This document shows, piece after piece, positions 23,756-35,520 of a stretch of DNA of 64,000 nucleotides. A program made the position numbers and the translations under genes. Within the stretch, counting starts at the first letter, position 1, and each line of letters opens with the position of its first letter. Source of the DNA: Felis catus (taxonomy: Eukaryota); NCBI RefSeq assembly GCF_018350175.1, contig NC_058369.1, forward strand, positions 11,906,001-11,970,000. The letters are read 5' to 3'. The notes under the pieces were generated by a model. The model had not been told where the DNA came from and made no database searches. It was given only the letters and a program-made list of their open reading frames with translations.

Positions 23756-24214
23756 TATAGTGGGTTCAGTGTTGTCCCCATTGAAAAGATATGCCCACAT
23801 CCTAACCCCAGATATCTGTGAGTGCGACCTTACTTGGGAAAGGAGTCTTTGCAGATTAACTTAAGTGAAGGACGCTGAGAGGGGATCATCCTGCATTGAC
23901 GGAGTGAGCCTCAATCCAACTATAAGTGTCCTTATAAGGGACAGAAGAGAGAAGACACAGGGGAGAGGAGAAGGGTATGTGACCACAGAGGCAGAGATTG
24001 GAGTGATGGGCCCATGAGCCAAGGAACAACTGGAGCCACCAGACGCTGGAAGAGGCCGGAAAAGATCCTCCCCTACAGGCATTGGAGGGAGTGTAGTCCT
24101 GCTGACATATTGGTTCGGGACTCTGGCCTCCATAACTGTGAGAGAATAAGTTTCTGTTGTTTTCACCTCCCAGTTTGTGGCTCTTTGCTACAGCGACTAC
24201 AGGAAACTCATACA
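23756..24214 (+). mobile_element. MLT1-type LTR in lectin intron 6
   Basis: ctgtgagtgcgaccttacttgggaaaggagtctttgcagat...gagagaataagtttctgttgttt...ggaaactcataca. Confidence 0.85.
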
Positions 24215-24474
24215 GTTGGCAAAGGCTACATTATTATACTCCTGAATAGGCACATCCAAGGCTCTGAGAAGTCCTGCAACACAGGACCAGTTTGGCATCG
24301 CATCTGCTGTTTCTCAAGCATTTAAATGGGAACACCATTCCCAAGTAATAAACTAACAATAGCTGCTATGATAGAAAGGGCTTGTGTTTGGGGAGTTGCT
24401 TCAGGTAAATAGTGAATGAATGACAGGGGAACATCCGGAGTGGTCATAAAATTGCTCTTTAAAAGCCCTGCCAT

Positions 24475-24700
24475 GGGGTGCCTGGGTGGCTCAGTCGGTT
24501 GGGCGTCCGACTTCGGCTCAGGTCATGACCTCACAGTCTGTGAGTTCGAGCCCCGCGTCGGGCTCTGGGCTGACAGCTCAGAGCCTGGAGCCTGCTTCAG
24601 ATTCTGTTGTCTCTCTCTCTCTCTGACCCTCCCCCGTTCATGCTCTGTCTCTCTCTGTCTCAAAAATAAACATTAAAAAAAATTAAAAAAAAAAATAAAA
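24475..24700 (+). mobile_element. CAN-SINE in lectin intron 6
   Basis: ggggtgcctgggtggctcagtcggttgggcgtcc head; aaaagccctgcca / aaaagctctgcca target-site duplication. Confidence 0.95.
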
Positions 24701-24773
24701 GCTCTGCCAGTCTCTTAGGGGAAGACTGTCTTGGGTGGTTAGGGACATCTGCATCACAGACAGAGAGACTCAC

Positions 24774-24877
24774 ATGTAGGTGGGCGTTGAGCCATCCATC
24801 CACCTGTGGTTTCCTTTCTGGCCCTCTTTGAAGAGGCCTATCCAGGATGTCACCTGCTCAGTTGACGTCAGGAAGTC
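24774..24877 (-). CDS. C-type lectin exon 6 (CRD part 2, DFLTSTEQVTSWIGLFKEGQKGNHRWMDGSTPTY)
   Basis: catctag| and |gtgagt; 104 nt, phase 0-2; WIGL and W.DG motifs. Confidence 0.93.
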
Positions 24878-25753
24878 CTAGATGGGAGAAGGCACAGTGC
24901 GAGGTAAAATTCCATCAGAGCTGAAAGGACAGAGGTTGGAGTGTCCGGGGACCGGAGGAGGGCTAAGGTGTAGAGGGGATTTTGGGTGGGCAAGCAGACA
25001 GAGGCAGCCACGCACAGCACTTTCTATCCTGATGTGAACTCCAGACCTACTATGTGCATATTGTATGGCCTCATTTAATCCACCCCTTGGTTTCTTCATC
25101 TGTATGATGGAAAGAATAGAATCTCCACTTCATAGCATATTCTCAAGATCAAAAGAATAGACTGTGTGAGGTATGTGCACCTAGAAAGAAGCAGTGGACA
25201 AATATTGGTTGTGACTGTTTTTTAAGGTCAATGCATATCAGAGCAAGGTTTGATCTTAGGCTGTAGGAATATCTCTGGCTGGAAACCCAGCTCAAAAGAC
25301 ACTCTTGATGCGTTTCTTCGGGCCAAGCCTTGTTTCTGGACCAGGAGAGCCAGATATTATTTAGATCCAGCCCCACACTTACAACCCTGATGCAGTGTGA
25401 AGTTCTGTGGTGAAGGCCTCTGATGATGTCATGAGAGAATATGGAGAAGGGATGTTTGTCTTGGGGTTTTGACAGGTGAGTAGGAGTTCTCCACACAGAT
25501 AGCAAGAGTAAGGGCACTGCAAAACGAGGGACCTACATGAATCAGAGCTTGGAGGCAGGACCTCAGTGCACAGGGTCCATTCCCCACATGTCACAGCAGT
25601 GAGCTTGGGTTGAAGCAAGATGAAGCAGGTCTTGAAGACCACACTAGGAGTATTGTGCTAGACCCCAAAGGGGACAGAAATATGAACCCCCAACCCCAAA
25701 TTCTTTTATAATCCCTCTCCCAACCTGCTAAGATTCTACCTTCCGTTCCCCAC

Positions 25754-25905
25754 CTGTTCTGCTCGGCTGTTGATGATAACCAGGTGAGCTTGCTTCTGGG
25801 CACAAGAATCATTAGCCTGGGTCCAGGTGAGGTTGTCCAGGGAGAAAAAGTAGCAGGAGCCCTGAAAGACCTTCCAGTCCAGGGGGCAAGGCTCACATGA
25901 GGATT
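25754..25905 (-). CDS. C-type lectin exon 5 (CRD part 1, ESSCEPCPLDWKVFQGSCYFFS...CAQKQAHLVIINSRAEQ)
   Basis: ctcacag| and |gtgggg; 152 nt, phase 1-0; CP..W..F..SCY.FS..W..A...C....AHLVII...EQ motif. Confidence 0.95.
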
Positions 25906-26222
25906 CTGTGAGAATGGAGCCATTAGCCAAACTGGCATATCCAGTTTCCCATCCGGTGAAGGGGTGTGTCCCCTATCACCCCTTGGTCACATTCCCAATG
26001 GTCTCCACTTGAACACACCCAACAGTTGGAAGCTCACTACCTGGTAAGATGGCACCCCCCCCCCATTATTGAACCTCATCAGATGGAAATAGGAAAATGC
26101 TGTAGATAGCCTATGAGATGGGGAAAAGGGACTCAAGGAACAGTGTGAATAATATCCTACTTTAGTGTAAAATAGAGCGACACAGGTTTTGACATTCCTC
26201 ATTGGCTTAAAGAAACTCTAGA

Positions 26223-26430
26223 GCAGTGGTCTTCAGCCAGAAGTGATTCTTTCCCCAGGGGACAATGGCCAACACCTGGAGACCTTTTTTGGTTGTCATA
26301 ACTGACAGAAGGTTATCCCATCAGGTGGGTCAAGGCCAGGGATGCTACATTACACAGGACAGCTCCCCCCACTGGAAGAATGATTCAGCCCCAAACATCA
26401 ATGGTGCACAGTTGAAGAAACTGTGCTCTG
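26223..26430. mobile_element. MER20-like hAT element
   Basis: cagtggtcttcagcc...ccccaggggacaatggcc...ggccagggatgctac...gttgaagaaactgtg. Confidence 0.7.
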
Positions 26431-26586
26431 AAGAAAAACATATATAACTATACAATATAATTACAGTGGTTCCTGGGGGCTAGGTGGGAGATTGGCAGTG
26501 AGGGCTCAGGAGTGATACAGAGAATTCTCACTGCATCCATCTATATCCAGTTAGTGAATGCACACACACACACACACACACACACA

Positions 26587-27337
26587 CAGTGGATCTTTGT
26601 TATTTGCAGGCTCCATATTTGCAAATTCACCTACTTGTTAACATTGATTCGTAACCCCCAAATCAATACTTGTGAGGTTTTCCTTGTCACTCACAGACCT
26701 GCACAGAGTGGCAAAAAGCTGGAGTCAGACAGAATAAGGCAAGTTCTGCCTTGCTGTTTCTTTTCTCATACCATAAGCAAGTGCGCCTTTGGTGGGCCAT
26801 TTCGTGTCACACGCTTCATGTTTTTATGCCTTCTGTGGGCGATTTTGCTGTTTACAAAGGCCCTCAAGAGTCGTGCTAAAGCACTGTCAGTGTTCCTACA
26901 TGCGCAAGAAGGCTGCAACGTCCCTTACAGAGAAAATGCGTGCGCGTTAGGTAAGCTTCCTTCAGGCATGAGTTATAGTGCTGTTGGCCATGAGTTCAAT
27001 GTTAATGAAACAATATCTATTAAATATATTTAAACAGGTGAGCCTGGTGGCTCGGTCGGTTAAGCATCCGTCTCTTGATTTTGACTCAGGCCATGATCTC
27101 ATAGTTCTTGGGATTGAGCCACAGGTCAGACTCAGTGTTGAAAGCACAGAGCCTGCTTGGGATTCTCTCTCTTCCTCTCTCTCTTTCTCAAAATAAATAA
27201 ACTTTAGGGGCGCCTGGGTGGCTCAGTCGGTTAAGTGTCTGACTTCGGCTCAGGTCATGATCTCATAGTTGGAGCCCCCTGTCAGGCTCTGTGCTGGCAG
27301 CTCGGAGCCTGGAGCCTGCTTCAGATTCTATGTCTCC

Positions 27338-27369
<32 letters not shown>

Positions 27370-27625
27370 GCCCCTCCCCCACTCGCTCTCTGTCTCTCTG
27401 TCTCTCTCAAAAATAAATAAACATTAAAAAATATGTTAATAAAAAAATAAAAATAAACTTTACATTTATACAGAAACACACAAAAACAAGGTTATGTATT
27501 GACCAGTTGACAAAATGTTATGACCAGGGGGTCAAATAAAACTAATGCTGTTATTTCCGCAATGATTCAGTATTCGCCAATCCATCATTTGCAGGGACTA
27601 TATAAAACATAGCTACATGAATAAT
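26587..27625. mobile_element. Tigger-type (Tigger4/MER46-like) DNA transposon with two inserted CAN-SINEs (about 27037-27430, plus)
   Basis: cagtggatctttgttatttgcagg...tttgcaaattcacctacttg; gttggccatgagttcaatgttaatgaa; resumes cagaaacacacaaaaacaaggttatgtattg. Confidence 0.75.
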
Positions 27626-28183
27626 AAGAACTAAATGTAGGTATACCGCATCTCATCCACTCACGCAAAAGTTATATAAAAAGTATGTAGCACCAAGAAC
27701 ACTCCCTCCAGCAGCATTCCATCCAGTAGTGTTTGCTTGGGGCCCAGAAATCTACACTGTGGCAATTTCTCCAGGTACTTCTAACATGTCGCTAAGGACT
27801 GACCACATTTTGTAACACACTAGTGTGGTTTTTGAGAGTGGAGGCTTCGGATCCTGACAGTCTGTCTTAAAGAAGATAGTCTTAATTTCCCTCCACTTTA
27901 CAGCTGAGGAAACTGAAGCTCAGAGTGGTTTAAATGGGCTGCCCAAGGTCATGCACAACCACAAGCCTAGACCAGACCTGGCTGTCTCAAAAGTCTTGTT
28001 TTCCTGGGAGCCCTCCACTCTAAGTATGATCTGATCATGTCACTTGAACTTTCTGAAAAGATCTGAGGAACCATTGGCATCAGGGTGCCCCTCTGAGAGC
28101 CACTTGCCAGAAGCCCCACCACTGTTACAGGTGCTGTATCGGGGGCACCCCTCCCTCTTCACCTCCCCTCCCCCACTCCTTAC

Positions 28184-28273
28184 CATTGCCTGCCAGTACA
28201 GCCTTCATTTGCCGGAACATTTCACCCCGAATGAAGTCCAGGTCGTGCCTAGCATGCCCCAGTCCCTGCATCA
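28184..28273 (-). CDS. C-type lectin exon 4 (neck, VMQGLGHARHDLDFIRGEMFRQMKAVLAGN)
   Basis: ctcccag| and |gtaagg; 90 nt, phase 1-1; resembles the recalled CLEC4G neck VTQGLAEAGRGREDVRTELFRALEAV. Confidence 0.9.
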
Positions 28274-28369
28274 CTGGGAGACCCAATAAGAAAGAGCTGG
28301 TCAAGGTCTTGGCAGAGAGAGGAGATGTGGTGGAGAGGCAGGAGGCCGACCATGTTGAACCCCACTCAC

Positions 28370-28423
28370 CTTTTTCATTCAGTTGAATGACTTCCTTCTG
28401 CACCTGCTGTGTCCTCTTCAAGA
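28370..28423 (-). CDS. C-type lectin exon 3 (neck, VLKRTQQVQKEVIQLNEK)
   Basis: ctccccag| and |gtgagt; 54 nt, phase 1-1; heptad-like pattern. Confidence 0.85.
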
Positions 28424-28930
28424 CTGGGGAGAGGCGCAAGTAGGTGTTCTGGACCCCAGAACCTTCCTGGGGTCTCTCCTTGTTCCCCAAACCCCAAGGG
28501 GCCAAGACTGTCTCCCGTTCCCAGAGCAAGGCATTCTGGGGCTCTGAAATGCCCCACCCATTTTTCAGATGAGGAAACTGAGGCCCAGAGAGGTAAAGGT
28601 CCTTGTCTAAAGCATCCAGCTAGTAAGCGGCAAGACAGGACCTTTGTTTAGGTGTATGCTTTTTAGCAGGGAGGCTGGAGTTCGAGTCCAGTTGGGGGAT
28701 GAGCTTTGGGAAGACACTCACCAACAACTCAGACTGACTTGGGCCCATGCAGGCCCCCCAGCCTGTTAGACTGGTGGGGGAGTGAGCTCCATTCTGTTGC
28801 CATTATGATCCCACTAGGGACACAGACCGGCCACCCCTGCACCAGCCCTGCAGACCTGCCTTTGCAGGTTAGGAGACAAGGTGCTTGCTTCCCTGTGGTC
28901 ACCCTGCCCCCATTGGCCCAGATGCCTTAC

Positions 28931-29038
28931 CTTTGGGCAGAACCACACAGAGGATAATGAACATGAGAAGCAGGATCAGGGACACAGCCAGGCAGAGATA
29001 TCTCCAGGTCTTATCCTTGGACGTCTGTCCCCATCGAC
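28931..29038 (-). CDS. C-type lectin exon 2 (transmembrane, GRWGQTSKDKTWRYLCLAVSLILLLMFIILCVVLPK)
   Basis: cccccag| acceptor, |gtaagg donor; 108 nt, phase 1-1; hydrophobic signal-anchor. Confidence 0.9.
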
Positions 29039-29372
29039 CTGGGGGAAACCAGGTAAGCCTCCCTCTCCCCAAGGATATACACTCTCTCGCCCCCTGAGAT
29101 GCCTCAAACAGTCTGCAGGAAACTGCCGTATCCCCCGGGGTATTCTGGGTTCACTACCTAACAGACGGGGAGGACTTAGAAAGGGCTGGAAAAAGAAGGC
29201 CATCTCTCTAGTATAAGAGGTCACGGCGGTGACGGCAGATGGGCTGAAAAGGGCCTCAGAAAGACTCAAACCTGATATTCCCTTCCTCCAACCTGTGAGG
29301 GAATCGGGGCAACCCAGCACCCAGCTCTTCCTGACATGGAAAAGGGCCCCTGGTCCCAGCTCCCTGACTCAC

Positions 29373-29454
29373 CAGTGTTCCCCGGCTGCGGGGGGAGTTT
29401 GGCTCTCAATGCGGTAATCTCATTGGGGTTTGGGAAGTTCCTGGCTTCAGCCAT
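29373..29454 (-). CDS. CLEC4G/CD209-like C-type lectin, coding exon 1 (cytoplasmic, MAEARNFPNPNEITALRAKLPPQPGNT)
   Basis: gccATGG Kozak; 82 nt; phase-1 donor G|gtgagt. Confidence 0.75.
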
Positions 29455-30059
29455 GGCTACAATTCACTCAGCTCTGAGATGCCCCTGCCCTGTAGGCTGT
29501 CGGGTGACTCTACCCAGCCCTTAGAAGGAAACACCCTCGTCCCCAACCCTCCCACATTTGTCTTCCTTCCTGGTTCGGTGTGGGGCCCCAAGATCTCTAG
29601 ATGGCCTGTGATCAAGTAATCTGATGGGGGAAGGGACCCGGGCACCTGGGGCAGAGGCAGCGGGCACCAAGCTTCCCCTGCAAACTTGATCTCCGCCCAA
29701 GGTGGTTAAGACACAAAACAACCCAGAACTGGATTCAAATCCCTATACTCATACCGTCACCCCTCTCTGCTTCTAACAGCTTTGTGTAAACAGTCATCCC
29801 AGGTTTGCACAGTAAGTGGTGGACATTTGGCCTTAGGAAATCACTTGTGTGACTCTCTTCTTGGCTACTGAGGTGGGTGTCACTTCCCAGCACCATTCAT
29901 TCATTCATGCATTCATTCATGCATTCCTCTAGTTAGCTAGCTGATTAGCTATTTATTGTTTTAAAGTTGTAAAATGTTGAATATAATGCAATGACAAAGG
30001 GAGAAGGGGTTGGTATTTACTGACTGCCCTGTTTGTCAAATACGATAAAATGCCCTTTC

Positions 30060-30079
30060 TTTTTTTTTAGTTTATTTTT

Positions 30080-30128
<49 letters not shown>

Positions 30129-30293
30129 CATGAGCCAGGGAGGGTCAGAGAGAGGGAGACACAGAATCTGAAGCAGGCTTCAAGCTCTGAGCTGTCAGCA
30201 CAGAGCCCAATGTGGTCCTCGAACTCATGAACCACGAGATCATGACCTGAGCCAAAGTCAGATGCCCAACCGACTGAGCCACCCAGATGCCCC
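30060..30293 (-). mobile_element. CAN-SINE with target-site duplication
   Basis: TSD aaaatgccctttctt at 30047 and 30294. Confidence 0.95.
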
Positions 30294-30540
30294 AAAATGC
30301 CCTTTCTTAATACATTCTATCCCATTTCATTTTCACAAAAAACTGTCCAAGATAGCGACTGTTCAACACAGGGTAGATGAAAAGCTTGGCATGGTGAAAA
30401 CTCAAGGCTAATAAAAAGCACAGCTGGGATGTAAATCAATCCTTTCTGACACCAAGCAGTTTTCCCCATCATTCTCTGCTGTGTTACCAACATCAGCATT
30501 ATGCACTTGAAAGAAAGGAAAGAAAAGTTGCCTAGCCATC

Positions 30541-31030
30541 TATTATGAGTTGAATGGTAGCCCTCTACCCACCCCCCAAAATTTATGTGTTAGAGCCCTA
30601 ACCTCCGAGACCTCAGAATGGGACTTTATTTGGAAATAGGGTCGTTGCAGATGTAATCAGTTAAGAGGAAATCATATGAAGGGTAGTAGGGTGGGCCCCC
30701 TCATCCAACTTGGCAGGTGTCCTTATTAAACATGGGAACTAGTCCACAAGGAGAATACCATGTGAGGATAAAGGCAGAGGTCAAGGTGATGCTTCTACAA
30801 GGCAAGGAACACTGCAGATGGCCAGCATGCTACAAAAGCCAGGAGAGATGCTAGCAACAGATCCTTCCCTTACAACCCCTCCCCCCCCCCCCCCCCCCCA
30901 GAAAGAACCAACCTGCTGATGCCTTGATCTGGAACTTTTATCCTCCCAAACTGTGAGACAATAAGCTTCTGTTGTTTGAGCCCCTCGGGGTGCCGTACTT
31001 TGTTACAAAAGCCCCACGAAACTAACATAC
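30541..31030 (+). mobile_element. MLT1-type LTR
   Basis: tattatgagttgaatgg...ttatttggaaatagggtcgttgcagatgtaat...aactgtgagacaataag...gaaactaaca. Confidence 0.85.
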
Positions 31031-31149
31031 CACCTATTTTGCATATTGCATTGTAATCTTTAGCCACATGCATACATATTTCACACAATTATGACCATAG
31101 TGGTATATGTCAGAGAGTTTCCTCATGCTTCTAGGCAATCCTGATAATT

Positions 31150-31900
31150 TTTTAAATAGGAAAAAGTGCTCACATTTATTGGTAATTGGGAAAAACACAA
31201 ACCAAATGACAAGGGAATATTATTACATGCATATCAGATTGGGGCAAATCTTTCAGTCCGTCAGGAAGTTTTGCTGGAGATACGGAGCGACTGGAACATT
31301 CCTACACTGCTGGCGTGAGTGTAAATTGGTGCAGTAATTCAGGGCGCCTGGGTGGCTCAGTCGGTTGAGTGTCCAATTTTGGCTTAGGTCATGATCTCAC
31401 AGTTCGTGAGTTCAAGCCCCGCGTGGGGCTCTGTGCTGACAGCTCGGAGCCTGGAGCCTGCTTCAGATTCTTTGTCTCCCTCTCTCTGCCCCTTCCCCGC
31501 TCATGCTCTGTCTCTCTCTGTCTCTCAAAGATGAATAAACATTTAAAAAAAATTTTTAAATGGTGCAGTAATTCTAGAAAACAGTTGAGCACAGACGTCA
31601 AAGCTGAGAACACACATATCCTTGGAGTTGCACTTGTAGGTGTATATCCAACACAGCTCTGTGCTTATTTGCACGGGGAGATGTGTTCAAGAATGCTCAT
31701 CACAATATTTTGTAATGGCTAAAACTGAGAATAATCAAATAGAATAGAAGAATAAGTTGCGGTATATCCATATGATGGAAAACCAGAAAACATAAATCAA
31801 TGAAGATGAGCCAACAAGAGCTGTATACAGCAGCTTGGATGAGTCTTTCATATTTTATTCTGATGGAAAAAAAAACCCACACAAGATTACATAAATTATC
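31150..31900 (+). mobile_element. Old L1 3' fragment with inserted CAN-SINE (31342-31560)
   Basis: acactgctggcgtgagtgtaaattggtgcag; SINE TSD tggtgcagtaattc. Confidence 0.75.
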
Positions 31901-31984
31901 TCCTCAGAAACTAAAGCAATTATTCAAAAACAATTTGTGCAACCCACTCTCAAATGGAAGAAAAATGAAGAGTATATGTGAGGT

Positions 31985-32068
31985 AGGTAGATGATAGATG
32001 ATAGATAAATAGATGGATAGATAGACACATGGACGGATAGATAGATAGACAGATAGATAGATAGATAG
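31985..32068 (+). repeat. (GATA)n microsatellite
   Basis: atagatagatag repeats. Confidence 0.95.
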
Positions 32069-32184
32069 CTCTGTAAAGTAAATATATCGCAGAGTTGATA
32101 AATGGTGAAGCTAGACGAAGAGCACACAGGTTCATCGGGCTATTCCTACAACCTTTCTGTAGATCTAAATGTTTTCAATTTGAT

Positions 32185-33666
32185 GGGGCGTCTGGGTGGC
32201 TCAGTTGGTTAAGCATCTGACTTCAGCTCAGGTCATGATCTCGTGGTTTGTGGGTTCGAGCCCCGTGTTGAGCTCTATGCTGACAGCTCAGAGCCTGGAC
32301 CCTGCTTTAAATTCTGAGTCTCCCTCTCTCTCTGTCCCTCCTCTGCTCGCACTCTGTCTCTCAAAAATGAATAAAAGTTAAAAAAATAAATACATTTTTT
32401 CGATTTGAAATTTGTGGAGAAAAAGTTCAAAAATGTGAAACACTAATATTCTTAGCAGTTTTACTTTTAATAGCCTCAAGGCTGAAATAGCTGAAATGTC
32501 ATCAATTTGTGAATGGAAAAGCAAATCATAATATCCGCACAATGGAACACCCCTGAGTGATGTAAAAGGAGTGAATTCCTGACCCATGCAACAACATGAA
32601 TGATTCTTTTTTTTTATGTTTTTATTTATTTTTGAGACAGAGAGAGACAGAGCATGAATGGGGGAGGGTCAGAGAGAAGGAGACACAGAATCTGAAACAG
32701 GCCCCAGGCTCTGAGCTGTCAGCACAGAGCCCAACGCGGGGCTTGAACTCATGGACCATGAGATCATGACCTGAGCCGAAGTCGGCCGCTTAGCCGACTG
32801 AGCCACCCAGGTGCCCCCATGAATGATTCTTAAAAGCATGTTGAGGGGCACCTGGGTGGTTCAGTCAGTTGAGTATCTGACTCTTGATTTCGGCTCAGGT
32901 CATGATCCCAGGGTTGTAGGATCCACAACCTTCCACGCTGAGCATGAAGCCTGCTTCAGATTCTCTCTCTCTCCTTCTGCCCTTCTCCCCTGCTCACACA
33001 CACTCTCTCTCTAAAGTACGTACATACATACATACACACACACATACAAGCAAGCATGTTGAATAAAGCCAGACCAAAAATACTAGCTTACCGTAGGTCT
33101 CATCTATACAGAGCTACCTATAACAACAGAAAATAGAATATAGTTGTCTGGAAATATGGGAATATTCTATATCTTGATTGTGGTGAAGGTTCTGTGCCAA
33201 ACTCATCAAGATATATAACTTAAGGGGGTGTCTGGGTGGCTCAGTGGATTTAACATCCGACTCTTGATCTCGGCTCAAGTCATGATCCCAGAGTCGTGAG
33301 ATCAAGCACTGTCAGTGCAAAGCCTACTTGGGATTCTCTCTCTCTCCCTCTGCCCCTAACCCTAACCTATACATACATGTATATATATGTATATATCTTA
33401 AGATGAGGTCATTTTAAGTAAACTATACATCAATAGAGTTGGGTTTTTTTTATTTTTAATGTTTTTATTTATTTTTTGAGAGAGAGAAAGAGACAGAGTA
33501 TGAGTAGGGGAGGGGCAGAGAGAGAGGGAGACACAGAATCCAAAGCAGGTTCCAGGCTCCAACCCGTCAGCACAGAGCCTGATGTGGGGCTCGAACTCAC
33601 GGACCGCGAGATCATGACCTGAGCTGAAGTCGGAGGCCCAACCGACTGAGACACCCAGGCGCCCCT
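32185..33666. mobile_element. Cluster of five CAN-SINEs (about 32185-32400 +, 32605-32818 -, 32845-33012 +, 33225-33355 +, 33445-33666 -) within old L1
   Basis: Repeated SINE heads and (CT)/(GA) tracts; TSD atgaatgattctt around the second copy. Confidence 0.9.
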
Positions 33667-35311
33667 AAGAGTTATTTTTTTTAATGGCAAAGCTAAACTA
33701 TATTCTTTAGGGGTGTATATATACATGGGTAGAAAACTGTAAAGAAAATCAGTACATGATTATCAGAAATTCAGGATACTGGATAAGTCTGGAGAACTAA
33801 CCCACGTGATGAGAGAGAAATATGTGGGGGCCTCTGGGTCTGGCGAGAGCACCTTTTACTGCACTTGGGTTGTCAGTGTGGGAACATTTATCATATAACC
33901 TTCCACTGATTGTGCGTGTTTGTTTATACATCTTGTGTATATGCATTATGTTTCATAACAAAGGTTTAAAAATGTAAAAAGGGATACAAAAATACTTTGC
34001 AAAGTTAAACTGCCATATGGTTGCTAATGGAATGAGGGACTTTTATAGTCCTCTTGCTTTTTTGATTAAACGTAAAAAAAAAAAAAAAAAAGACGGCTTT
34101 TTCAGTTTGGAGATCCATCTATCAGAACGGTATTTTCTGAGGACCTATTTTAGAGGTCAGCACAACAACACTGTCTTACTCATACACAACACAGTTGGCT
34201 CCTATGTAACCACAAATTCAGAACATTTTTATGTCTGGTATTGGGCAATGCTGCCTTCTAAACGATTCCCATAAATTCTGTTTCCACCATCCTGGAGAGA
34301 AATTATTCAAGGAAGGTCAAGGATAAGGACAGAGCCTTCCTATACCTGGATTCACTGTCTGGGAACTTGGAAGTGTCGGAGAAACAAAAATCAAAACCCA
34401 AAGAACATGCCAATTCCTAAATACAGAATTAGCTCAGTTTACTATTGAACAAAGAAAAGGCCCAGGATGCCTGCGGGTAGCCTGTAATTGGTTACAAAGA
34501 TGTAAGTGTTCAGCTCTATTTACAAGGAGTTAAAACCACAGTTGACACGCATCACCTTTTAGTAAACAGTCAGCAGTTACTGGATTTGCATTGGTATTTT
34601 GTATTAGTCGTGACTTTTTATTTTCTGATGTGTTGACAGCTGGGGTCTTGCTGATCCTGGAGAGACTAGACAATTTCTAAAGATAGCAAACAAGTCATCT
34701 GGGAGCATATGTTTCATATGCACATCAACCAATCCAAAAAAGCCCATAAACCCCCAACTACCTCCTTTATATACAAATTGCATAACTTATATAAACTTTA
34801 TGTAACTATTTGTAAATATTCATATATTTATTTTATATGTATAAAGTATTTATAAGTACATTTTAAATTTATATTCATACATTTATATTTAATATTAATC
34901 AAATATTTCTCAAAAGTCATCATATATGCTGTCCAAGAAACACTCAACAGATTCCAGACCATGCATACCTACCTCCAGTTATGGGGCCTTCTTGCTCAAC
35001 CAAGTTAAAACCAGAAAGAGACAAGACGGCTTAACTCACACACTAAAACCCATTATGCTTATTTCTCATCGCACTTTCTCTAGGCATTGAGGAAGGTGTT
35101 TTGCAATGACCGGAACATTCCAACTGCCAGACCAGAAAAGCCCACACCCCACGCTTCCCCTTTCCTGCCTGAGATCCTCAGATCCCGTGCTGAACACAGA
35201 CCCAGCCCCATCCCCCTCCACACCCTGATCACGTGCTCTCTGTCCGCTCTCTGCCTGCTTTCCTGCAGCAAACCAACCCCTCAACCTCTCCTTATAAAAA
35301 TCTAGGACTTC

Positions 35312-35520
35312 TGGGGCACCTGGGTGGCTCAGTCGATTAAGCATCTGACTTTGGCTCAGGTCATGATCTCACCGTTCGTGAGTTCGAGCGGTGTCAGGCT
35401 GTGTGCTGACAGCTCAGAGCCTGGAGCCTGCTTCAGATTCTGTGTCTCCCTCTCTCTCTGCCCCTCCCCCGCTTGTGCTCTGTCTCTCTCTCAAAAGTAA
35501 ATAAACGTTAAAAAAAAAAA
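35312..35520 (+). mobile_element. CAN-SINE
   Basis: ggggcacctgggtggctcag head; aaaaatctag flanks. Confidence 0.9.

Noticed and set aside
29039..29157. Additional lectin cytoplasmic exon starting GSEPRIPRGIRQFPA
   Set aside because: Acceptor is plausible but there is no good donor, and read-through is out of frame with the TM exon
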